64,000 nt of DNA, from NCBI GenBank assembly GCA_038231275.1, contig JBBRLQ010000007.1, positions 275,825 through 339,824 of the forward strand. Direction: 5' to 3'. The stretch comes from Polyangiales bacterium. GTDB taxonomy: Bacteria; Myxococcota_A; Polyangia; Polyangiales; Polyangiaceae. A program made the position numbers and the translations under genes. Of this stretch, positions 10,936-21,925 are shown one piece after another (position 1 is the stretch's first letter; every line of letters starts with the position of its first letter). The notes beneath the pieces are model-generated. The model saw nothing but the letters and a program-made list of their open reading frames with translations. It had not been told where the DNA came from and did not search any database.

Positions 10936-12477
10936 TCACGGACTCCCGAGGCGCTCGAGCAGCGCGGGCACGTCGACGTCCTCGGGCACGTCGGGGCCCC
11001 AATCGAACGGCGTCGGCGAGCCGGGCGGCGGGCGATCGATCGCGTTGCGCAGGCGTCGCTCGTCGTCGAAGCGCTGAACGTGGGCCGGGTCGCGCGCGCT
11101 GCACGTCGCGAGCTCCTGCGCTTGCCGTGAGGTGGCTCCCCAGCGCATCTCCGCGCAGTGGTACGGATCGAAGGAGAGATCGAAGATGCGCGCTTGCACG
11201 TCGGCGAGGCCGAGCCGGACGGCGCTCCCCGTCGAGCTCGTGTAGGTGACCTCGCAGCTCGCTTGGTGCGCGCGCCACGCGTCCTGGTACGCCGACACCA
11301 GGCTCTTCGCGGTGCCGCTCCACGCGATCTGCGCGTCGCCGTTCGTCACCGCCGCGACCGTCGTCGTCACGTGAGCGAAGAGGCCACGGAAGCTCGCGCG
11401 GAGCCGCCCGTCCCGACCCGGCGACGAGAACGCCTCCCAATCGCCGTCCGCGGAGTACACGTTGGGCGGGACGTCGCCGATCGGTCCCGTCGCGAGATGA
11501 ACGCCGGCGTCCACCGCCGCGACGCGATCGCCGAGATCGACGCAGAGCTGGTCGAGCAGCTGCCCGAACTGTGCGTCGGGCCCGAGGACGCGTCCGCCCG
11601 ACAGCTGCGCGCGGACCCAGTCGTAGTACCCGTGCCCGTGGCCGTACTGCGAGTCGCCGAAGTCGGTCAGCTGCGCGTTCGGCGTGTACGTGAGGGCGGT
11701 CGCCGCGCTGTCGATGGGGCGAAAATTCCGGAAGCCGCCCCCCTGGCTTCGTCCACCGAGCGCGAGCTTGTCGCTGAAGATCGTGTGCGTGAGCGAGTTG
11801 TCGGGGTGACCGTCCATCATGTAGACGCTGCCGTTCGCGTCGACGCGGTAAACGACGAGGACGTGCCCGTTGGGATCGTAGAAGAGCGTGCCGGGGTGCA
11901 CCGTTCCAGGGCGCACGTCCACGGGGTACGTGTCGGTGTCCTCGACGTCGGGCGCGGTGCGGAAGAAGCCGGAGTGGACGACGTTCGAGACGCGGGTGAG
12001 GAGGGATTGGAGCGACGGTGCGGTCTTCGCGGTGCTCCACGCCGTCGGGTGGTTGTTCGCGGTGTAGCGGTAGTCGGGCGGCGCGCCGGGATCGTGGCCG
12101 GCGGGGAGGTCGCCGACGACCTCGCTGACGTAGCGGAACGGCCGGTTCGTCTTCATCGCGAAGTACGCGCGCAGCTCCATCGGCAGGTCCGCGCAGTCGG
12201 CGAACACGTCGAGGCGCGCATCGCTCGCGCGCTTGAACGGGTTGATCGTCGCGTCGTCGAGGCACGCGTTGACGCTCGTGCACCTGCCGGCGGCGCGCGC
12301 CTCGCCGATTCCTGCGATCCACGAGGACCACTCGGTCTCGGCCGCGGCGTTCCATGGGCGCGTGCCCATCGCGAGCTCGCCCGTGGTTGCGTCGGACGAG
12401 CCCGTCGTGCTCGAGCACGCGGACGCCGCGACGAGAGAAGTGAGCATCGCAGCGCGGAGCAAACGGCGCGCGCTCAT
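10936..12477 (-). CDS. lipoprotein with a putative papain-like (NlpC/P60-like) Cys-His catalytic pair
   Basis: Lipobox ASAC; DCADLP...RAYFAMK and NGHVLVV motifs; ATGA overlap with the upstream gene. Confidence 0.7.
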   Translation of the reverse strand: MSARRLLRAAMLTSLVAASACSSTTGSSDATTGELAMGTRPWNAAAETEWSSWIAGIGEARAAGRCTSVNACLDDATINPFKRASDARLDVFADCADLPMELRAYFAMKTNRPFRYVSEVVGDLPAGHDPGAPPDYRYTANNHPTAWSTAKTAPSLQSLLTRVSNVVHSGFFRTAPDVEDTDTYPVDVRPGTVHPGTLFYDPNGHVLVVYRVDANGSVYMMDGHPDNSLTHTIFSDKLALGGRSQGGGFRNFRPIDSAATALTYTPNAQLTDFGDSQYGHGHGYYDWVRAQLSGGRVLGPDAQFGQLLDQLCVDLGDRVAAVDAGVHLATGPIGDVPPNVYSADGDWEAFSSPGRDGRLRASFRGLFAHVTTTVAAVTNGDAQIAWSGTAKSLVSAYQDAWRAHQASCEVTYTSSTGSAVRLGLADVQARIFDLSFDPYHCAEMRWGATSRQAQELATCSARDPAHVQRFDDERRLRNAIDRPPPGSPTPFDWGPDVPEDVDVPALLERLGSP

Positions 12478-13271
12478 TCGCAGTCCCCATTCGCGCACGG
12501 CGATCCGCCGTCGGCGGGGTCCGGTGGCGGCGGGTCGGGAAGCGGCGGCGCGTTGGGATCGCCGAGCCCCGCGTACAGCAACGCGCCGCCGGAGATGGCG
12601 TCGACGACCGCGTCCTTCACCGCCGGATCGAGCGCGAAGCACCCGAACGAGAGGCCCTGCATCCCCGGCGACTCGTGCACGTACGTCGCGCTGTGGACCA
12701 CGATCGCGCGGGAGCGCATGTTCGAGTTCGTCTCTGACAGGCCGTCGAGACGGAGCGATCGTCCGTGCACGCCGCTGTAGATCTCGCCGGTGAGGACGAA
12801 GCCGAGCGACGACTCGTGCGATCCGTCTTGGTTCGAGAAGCGCCGCGCGAAGCCGCTCCCATCGGTCTCGCTTCCGGCGCCGTGCGCGACGGCGTGCGGT
12901 GTCACGGCGCCCGTGGTCATGTCGACGAGGAAGAAGCGCTTCCTGGCGCTGCTCAGCGCGAAGTCCACGATGACCATGTGGCCGGGGTTCTTGACGTTGG
13001 CCTTGTTCGCGTCGAAGTACACGATCGCGTCGTCCAGCAGGTTCCGCGCGATCGAGCGATCCTGATCGAGAAATGCGTAGCCCGCGACGATCTGCGCCGC
13101 CTCGGCGGGCGTCGGGTGCGGCGTCACGAATGCGCCTGCGCGATCGACGCCATGGGCGATCGTGTCCGCAGAGGCGGTGTCCTCGCCGTCGCGCTCGCCG
13201 CTACTGGCGGGGGCGCACGCGACGAAGACGGCAGGGAAGAGAGCGATGAGGAGACGCGCGCGCATCGACAT
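12474..13271 (-). CDS. murein L,D-transpeptidase catalytic domain (YkuD_2-like) lipoprotein
   Basis: Lipobox VFVAC; IVDF, VAHGAGS, FSN...SSLG, SLRLDGL and IVVHSATY...GLSFGCFA (His/Cys dyad). Confidence 0.88.
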   Translation of the reverse strand: MSMRARLLIALFPAVFVACAPASSGERDGEDTASADTIAHGVDRAGAFVTPHPTPAEAAQIVAGYAFLDQDRSIARNLLDDAIVYFDANKANVKNPGHMVIVDFALSSARKRFFLVDMTTGAVTPHAVAHGAGSETDGSGFARRFSNQDGSHESSLGFVLTGEIYSGVHGRSLRLDGLSETNSNMRSRAIVVHSATYVHESPGMQGLSFGCFALDPAVKDAVVDAISGGALLYAGLGDPNAPPLPDPPPPDPADGGSPCANGDCE

Positions 13272-13283
13272 GCCGCCGACTCA

Positions 13284-13299
13284 AGCACGACATGTGCCG
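13284..13299 (-). promoter_or_regulatory. putative sigma54 (-24/-12) promoter of the L,D-transpeptidase operon
   Basis: CGGCAC-ATGTC-GTGCT, GG-N10-GC, 13 nt before ATG 13271. Confidence 0.5.
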
Positions 13300-13515
13300 A
13301 CATGTAGGAGTGCTTTGTTTGCCAGTCGCCTTGGAATCGTCTTCGCGGGGGCGTGTCGGCGTGCGGAGTGAGCGGATCAATCCGCCCGCGTGGGAATGCG
13401 TCGGGACGGGCACCTGGGTCCCGCGCGAATCACCCGGTGCAGCGATGGCTCCGTCCCCGCGAGGAAGTTTTCACCGTGCGCGGCCCGACGGCATCGCCGT
13501 GACGGGCCCTCGAGA

Positions 13516-13731
13516 CTACTTCTTCTTCGCCTGGAGCGCCTTGAGCTGACGCTCGAGCGCCTCGGCGACCTCGGCCGCGACCTTGCCGCCGTGGGCCCAC
13601 TGATCGGCCTTCACGAGCGTGGTCTGGGCGGCCTTGGCGAACTTGGTGCGCCGACCGCGCGCGAGCTTCGCGAACGCAACCTGGGACTCGGACGCGGTGG
13701 GCTTGACGGCGGGCTGGAGAAATCCTCGCAT
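13516..13731 (-). CDS. small basic hypothetical protein (71 aa)
   Basis: TAAGGA RBS upstream; GC3-biased; Lys/Arg/Ala-rich. Confidence 0.7.
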   Translation of the reverse strand: MRGFLQPAVKPTASESQVAFAKLARGRRTKFAKAAQTTLVKADQWAHGGKVAAEVAEALERQLKALQAKKK

Positions 13732-13760
13732 GGCGGCTTTTCCTTAGTCGCGAAACGCCC

Positions 13761-16844
<3,084 letters not shown>

Positions 16845-16913
16845 GGGTGCCGAGCGTACCAGGGCTCGGGCGCGGCAGCGACCCGCTCGATTGGTGTAGG
16901 CTGGAGCCACGCA

Positions 16914-18779
16914 ATGGGCCCCGTGGTCGTCACGACGTCGGTGGATCTCGCGTCTTCGGCCGAGGACGTGTGGCCTCTCATCACCGACACCGATCGCATG
17001 AATCGCATCATCGGTGGCGAGCCGGTGACCTATCGCCCCGTCGAGGAGGCCTCTGCCGACTCGCCTGCCCGCTTCGTCGCGTCGACCAAGGCCGCCGGCT
17101 TCACGCTCGAGTACGAGGAGTACCCGTTCGAGTGGAGCCACGGCCGGTCGTTCAGCGTCTTTCGCCGCATGCGCAAGGGCGTCCTCACGTCCTACGCGAT
17201 GAGCGTCGATCTCGCGCCGATCAAGGACGGCACGCTCCAGGGCGGGACGCGCGCCACCTTCCGGCTCGCGCTCGAGGCCTCGTCGTTCATTTTTCGGCCG
17301 CTCGCGATGCTCGTGGGGCGACGCTTCGTGCGCGCGTCCGCGCAGCTCGCAGAGGCGATCGATCACCACGTCCGCGACAAGGCGCCGAGCCCGTACCTGA
17401 AGCCCGTGACCGTCGCCAACTTGAACCACGTCACCTTCGCGATCTCCGAGCTCAAGAAGGCAGGAATCGCCCCTGCGCTCGCCGATCGCCTCGGCACCTT
17501 CGTGCGCGAGGCACCCGACGCCGACGTCATCCGCATCCGCCCCTTCGAGGTCGCCGAACAGTGGGGCGAGGACCGGCGGGACGTCCTGCGCGCGTTCCTC
17601 CGCGCAGTGCCCGCGGGGATCGTGGAGCTGCGATGGGCGCTCATCTGCCCGAGCTGCCGCGTCGCCGGGCAGACGGTGAGCCAGCTCGACGAGATCGAGG
17701 CCGGCGCGCACTGCCAGCAGTGCGACATCTCGTTCGACCTCGATCTCGATCGCGCGGTGGAGGCGACCTTCGTGGTGCACCCCACCGTTCGTCCGGTGCC
17801 GCAGCAGCTGTTCTGCATGGGAGGGCCTGCGCGCACTCCGCACGTCCTCGTGCAGGCGAACCTCGAGCCGGGGGCGTCCAAGTCGCTCGACGCGCCGTCG
17901 GAGGTCGCGCGCTTTCGAATCTTCGCGCGCGGCGGCGCGTCAGCGAGCGTGGAGGTCGCCGACGACGCGCCGAAGGCGGCCGAGGTCACCGTGATCGAGG
18001 ACGCGATTCGTCCCGCCCTCGTCCGCATCGCGCCGGGCGGAAAGCTCACCGTCGTGAACGACACGAAAGAGGCGCGTCACGTCAAAATCGAGCGCATGGG
18101 GTACGCGACTCTCGCCGCGACGGCGCACACGGTGTCGACGCTCGGTGATTTTCGCGAGCTCTTCTCCACCGATCTCCTGAAGCGCGGCACGCCGCTCAAG
18201 GTCGCGCGCGTGGCGGTCTTCTTCAGCGATCTGACCGGCTCGACGGCGCTCTACTCCGAGGTCGGTGACGCCGCCGCGTTCCGACTCGTCGACGACCACT
18301 TCGACTTGCTGCGCAAAATCATCGACAAAAACCAGGGTGTCGTCGTCAAGACGATGGGCGACGCGGTCATGGCGGCGTTCACCGATCCGAGCGAGTGCGT
18401 CACCGCGGCGGTGGAGGCGCTGAGCGAGTTCGAGCGCTTCCGCGTGGCGCACAAGCACGGCGCCTCGATCGGCATCAAGCTGGGGATGTACGCCGGAGCC
18501 TGCTACGTCGTCACCGCGAACGGGACGCTCGACTACTTCGGGCAGACCGTCAACGTTGCGTCGCGCGTGCAGCACCTCGCGCACTCCGGCGAGCTGGTCC
18601 TCGAGGAGGCGACGCTGGAGGCCCTCCGCCCCGAGGCGCAGGCGCTCGTGCAAGCGGGCGAGCGCTTCGAGGCGCGCGTAAAGGGGATCGACGCGCCGCT
18701 CAAGCTCGTTCGCGTCCAGCTGAGCCCGAAGGGCAAAGAAGCGAGCATCCCGCCCGCTCGCCCGACCGCGACGGCCTGA
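16914..18779 (+). CDS. class III adenylate cyclase with N-terminal SRPBCC-like and DUF5939-like (Zn-ribbon) domains
   Basis: FSDLTGST, KTMGDAVM and DYFGQTVNVASRVQ motifs; CPSC...HCQQC; N-terminal VWPLITDTDRMN. Confidence 0.88.
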   Translation: MGPVVVTTSVDLASSAEDVWPLITDTDRMNRIIGGEPVTYRPVEEASADSPARFVASTKAAGFTLEYEEYPFEWSHGRSFSVFRRMRKGVLTSYAMSVDLAPIKDGTLQGGTRATFRLALEASSFIFRPLAMLVGRRFVRASAQLAEAIDHHVRDKAPSPYLKPVTVANLNHVTFAISELKKAGIAPALADRLGTFVREAPDADVIRIRPFEVAEQWGEDRRDVLRAFLRAVPAGIVELRWALICPSCRVAGQTVSQLDEIEAGAHCQQCDISFDLDLDRAVEATFVVHPTVRPVPQQLFCMGGPARTPHVLVQANLEPGASKSLDAPSEVARFRIFARGGASASVEVADDAPKAAEVTVIEDAIRPALVRIAPGGKLTVVNDTKEARHVKIERMGYATLAATAHTVSTLGDFRELFSTDLLKRGTPLKVARVAVFFSDLTGSTALYSEVGDAAAFRLVDDHFDLLRKIIDKNQGVVVKTMGDAVMAAFTDPSECVTAAVEALSEFERFRVAHKHGASIGIKLGMYAGACYVVTANGTLDYFGQTVNVASRVQHLAHSGELVLEEATLEALRPEAQALVQAGERFEARVKGIDAPLKLVRVQLSPKGKEASIPPARPTATA

Positions 18780-18916
18780 GCGAGCGATCACGAGCCTTCC
18801 TTTCGACGGCGGAGTTGACGTGCTTCACGCGGGGCGCGTGAAGACGCCGCGGTCGTGTTGGGTGTGATCGCGTGCGCACCCGCGCGCGGTGCGTGGCGAC
18901 AAAGGTGGGCTGACGT

Positions 18917-19618
18917 TCAGGGATCCTTCACGTCGACGAGGAACGCCACGTGGCCGACGGGGGAGTTGGGCGCGTCCTCGGTGCACTCGTCGAAGAAGTG
19001 GAAGCGTACGGTCCACGCGCCGGGTGCGTCGAACGTGATCGGTCCGAGCGTGTACTGCCCGGGCTCCGTCTCGGTCGGGGTCTGTCCCGCGAGCGCGAGG
19101 ACGTGCGTCTCATCGAGAAACGCCTCGACCCTGGGCGCGGCTCCCGTCATCGGCGCGTGATCGGCGAGCTGGCTCGCCTGGAGCGTGAACGTCACCGGCC
19201 GCGCCGCGACGAGCGGCGTCGAGCCCCAGTGCACGTGGTACTTGCACTGATCGTCGTCGGAGTCGCTCCCGAGGGCGGGGTCGAGGTAGACGCTGTCGGG
19301 ATCTTCACCGCCGTCGTCGGTCGCGCCGTCGGGTTGCGCCGCGTCGGCCGGCTGCGCGTCGGGCTGTACGGCCCGCGTACCGCAGGACGCCATCGCCGTC
19401 GGCTGCGCCTCGACGCAGCGCGAGGCCCCCGTGTCCGTTCCCAGATTCAACGGCGGCAGCCCGGTCTCCGCGCCGCCGTCGTCCGCGGGCTCGACAGCGA
19501 CGGCGTTCGGATCGGCGCCGCCATCCTTGCCGGTGCACGCCGCCGTGACCCCCACGAGGGAGATCACGGCGCCGAGCGCGGCCCACACGCTCGTGCGAAG
19601 GCTGCCGTCAGTAACCAT
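18917..19618 (-). CDS. lipoprotein with a C-terminal YtkA/FixH-like Ig-fold domain
   Basis: Lipobox VTAAC; PGQYTLGPITFDAPGAWTVRFH; start overlaps the upstream gene by 11 nt. Confidence 0.65.
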   Translation of the reverse strand: MVTDGSLRTSVWAALGAVISLVGVTAACTGKDGGADPNAVAVEPADDGGAETGLPPLNLGTDTGASRCVEAQPTAMASCGTRAVQPDAQPADAAQPDGATDDGGEDPDSVYLDPALGSDSDDDQCKYHVHWGSTPLVAARPVTFTLQASQLADHAPMTGAAPRVEAFLDETHVLALAGQTPTETEPGQYTLGPITFDAPGAWTVRFHFFDECTEDAPNSPVGHVAFLVDVKDP

Positions 19619-20498
19619 TTCGCGCGATGGCGATGTAGGCCGACGACGCGGTCCGCAGATCGTGCACGATTCCCGAGGCGCAGCCGCGCGCTTCGTAGGC
19701 CCACATCGAGCCCCAACCGTCGCCCGACTCGTGCAGGAAGATGTGGCCGGCGCCGCTGTCGTGGTGCGTGAGCGCGTCCGCGAGGCCGGCGGCGCTGCGC
19801 GAGATGCGGTGCCACGAGATCGTCTGGAAGCGGAAGTTGTAGGTGCTGTACGGGTGCTCGTCGACCGAGACGTTCGAGTTCGAGCTCGGCACGTCCCAGA
19901 TCTTCGCGACGTACCCGGAGCAGTCTGCGCCGTAGCTCCCGTGGTGCGTGCAGCTCGGGCAGCTGCCGGCGCACGAGCCGCGCGTCGAGGAGCTGGGGCC
20001 GGAGCCGAGCCAGCGTCCGTGTCCCCACCAGTACGAGAAGCCGACACCGTCCTTTGCGCGCGCGATGGCGTTGCTGCGGGCCGACGAGCCGCCGCCCCCA
20101 CCGCCGCCCCCACCACCACCGGGCGTTGAGACCAGCTTCAGATACGAGCCGTAGCTCCAGCCGACGACGCCGTTGTGCTTGATGTTGTACCAACCCGAGA
20201 CCGGCGCGGTGCGGTTCACCGTGGTGACGTGCGCTCCATTGGGGATGACGTGCAGCACGTGATCGCCCGTCGAAGCCCCCGTGCGAAGGTTCAGGTTCGC
20301 CGTCGTGGCGAGGATCGATCCCACCGGCACGCCGGCGGAGAGCTCCTCACTCACGGACGACGCGGTCTTCTCGTCGGCCGATTGGAGCTGCTCGCTGTCC
20401 ACGTTCCCCGCACTGCTGCTGCACGCGCCGATCGCGAGCATCGCGCCGAAGGCAACCGCACACCGCACGACGTACCGGCCAAGCATCGAAGGTTTCAT
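19608..20498 (-). CDS. SH3b + NlpC/P60-like peptidoglycan hydrolase lipoprotein
   Basis: Lipobox IGAC; SH3b NLNLRTGAST...GWYNIKHNGVVGWSYGSYL; Gly linker; YWWG, GADCSGYV, GHIFL and YEARG motifs. Confidence 0.85.
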   Translation of the reverse strand: MKPSMLGRYVVRCAVAFGAMLAIGACSSSAGNVDSEQLQSADEKTASSVSEELSAGVPVGSILATTANLNLRTGASTGDHVLHVIPNGAHVTTVNRTAPVSGWYNIKHNGVVGWSYGSYLKLVSTPGGGGGGGGGGGSSARSNAIARAKDGVGFSYWWGHGRWLGSGPSSSTRGSCAGSCPSCTHHGSYGADCSGYVAKIWDVPSSNSNVSVDEHPYSTYNFRFQTISWHRISRSAAGLADALTHHDSGAGHIFLHESGDGWGSMWAYEARGCASGIVHDLRTASSAYIAIARNGY

Positions 20499-20510
20499 GA
20501 GCACTCCTAG

Positions 20511-20526
20511 AGCGAGCGGCGTGCCA
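20511..20526 (-). promoter_or_regulatory. putative sigma54 promoter of the SH3b-NlpC/P60 gene
   Basis: TGGCAC-GCCGC-TCGCT, 13 nt before ATG 20498. Confidence 0.55.
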
Positions 20527-20777
20527 GGCGCGTGGGTCTCGCGAGAATCAGCGGGCATGTGGGTTCCTCTCGCCCCAAGCGCGATCGCGCTTCACGCGGT
20601 TTTTTTGAAGGCGGCGCGCGGCGTTCGAGGTTGTCCGCGAACGAGACGCAAACGAAACGCGGCACCTGGATCGCGAATTTTCTCGCGACGCACCGCGAGC
20701 CTCGTGACACGTCACGTACGCGCACGCGCGTCACTCGAAGAATCGAAGGGGCGCGCGCGTTGCAAGACCACGGGAAG

Positions 20778-21884
20778 ATGCCGGACGCACCGAAACGAGC
20801 CCCGCGCGCGAAGATCTTGGGTGGAGCCGCGCTCGTCGGCGGGGCTCTGCTCGTCCTCTTCTTCGCGCGAGGCCGAGGAGGCGATGGCGCGCTGCAGAAG
20901 AAGGAGGACGGAAAGACCCCGGTCGCGATCACCCAAGGCGAGGCGCCCGCCGCCAAGCTCATCGTGACCGATCTCGCGATCGACGCCGCGGCGACCCCGT
21001 CGCCGTCCGGGGCGGGCGCCGTCACGCTCGGATGGGGTTCCGGCGATCACGACGTCGGCCGCCTGCGCCCCGAGGAGGGCAACCCAGAGGCGCCGATGAG
21101 CCTCGTCCTCGATCCCAAGGGGAACGTACTGGTGCTCGATCAGGTCAATGCGCGAATGCTCCGCATCGGCAAGGATGGCAAGACGCTCGCCGTCATTCCC
21201 GTTCCCCTCCGCGCCGCGCAAGACGTCGCGATCGCGCCCGACGGCACGATGGCGGTGCTCGATCGTCTGGGCGACAAGGGGATCGCGATCCTCGGACCCG
21301 ATGGAAAGCTCCTCGGGACGCTGCCGCTCGAGGGCAAAGGGATCGACGAGGCCGGCGGCCTCACGGGCGTCTTCGTCGACGGCAAGAGCGTGTACGTCGA
21401 GCGCGAGCACGGGACGCTGGTGCGCGTAGGCGACACGTCAGGGGTCGCCGACGAAGTGCGCCCCGAGCTCCCCGGGCGGCCGTCGAGGGATGGTCGCATG
21501 CTGCTGTCTGCCGGAATCACCGACGCGCACGCCGGGCGCCTCTTCATCAGCGCGATCGAGCGCGCGACGGACGAGCACGTGTTCACGCGCGAGCTACGGA
21601 TGGGGATGCCGATCGTGTCGATCATGCTCCTCGACAGCGACGCGGCTGGCGTCGTCTACCTGGCGACGCTGGCCGAGATCCCGTCGGGCGACGAGCCGGT
21701 CCCGGCGGTGTTCCTCACCTGCCTCTCCTCGGGAGACGGCCAGCCGGGGCACACCGTTCAGCTTCCTGTAAACGCGTCTGCCGACGAGACGTTCCGCGAG
21801 ATGACGGTGGCCCCGGAGGGCGGTGTGGTCTACGCGCACCGCACGGAGAGCGGGATGACGCTGAGCCGCTACGATTGCCGTTAG
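20778..21884 (+). CDS. membrane-anchored NHL-like beta-propeller protein
   Basis: N-terminal TM helix; repeats PMSLVLDPKGNVLVLDQVNAR and DVAIAPDGTMAVLD. Confidence 0.75.
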   Translation: MPDAPKRAPRAKILGGAALVGGALLVLFFARGRGGDGALQKKEDGKTPVAITQGEAPAAKLIVTDLAIDAAATPSPSGAGAVTLGWGSGDHDVGRLRPEEGNPEAPMSLVLDPKGNVLVLDQVNARMLRIGKDGKTLAVIPVPLRAAQDVAIAPDGTMAVLDRLGDKGIAILGPDGKLLGTLPLEGKGIDEAGGLTGVFVDGKSVYVEREHGTLVRVGDTSGVADEVRPELPGRPSRDGRMLLSAGITDAHAGRLFISAIERATDEHVFTRELRMGMPIVSIMLLDSDAAGVVYLATLAEIPSGDEPVPAVFLTCLSSGDGQPGHTVQLPVNASADETFREMTVAPEGGVVYAHRTESGMTLSRYDCR

Positions 21885-21925
21885 ACCCCCACGGCAAGAA
21901 AGGATCGACGGACCCCTTACGACGT

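Noticed and set aside
13396-13496. Nested stems (GGGACGG/CCGTCCC, GCACC..GGGT/ACCC.GGTGC) as a possible riboswitch or ncRNA
   Set aside because: No recognisable family motif and only a single copy; such pairing is expected by chance at this GC content. An Rfam scan would settle it.
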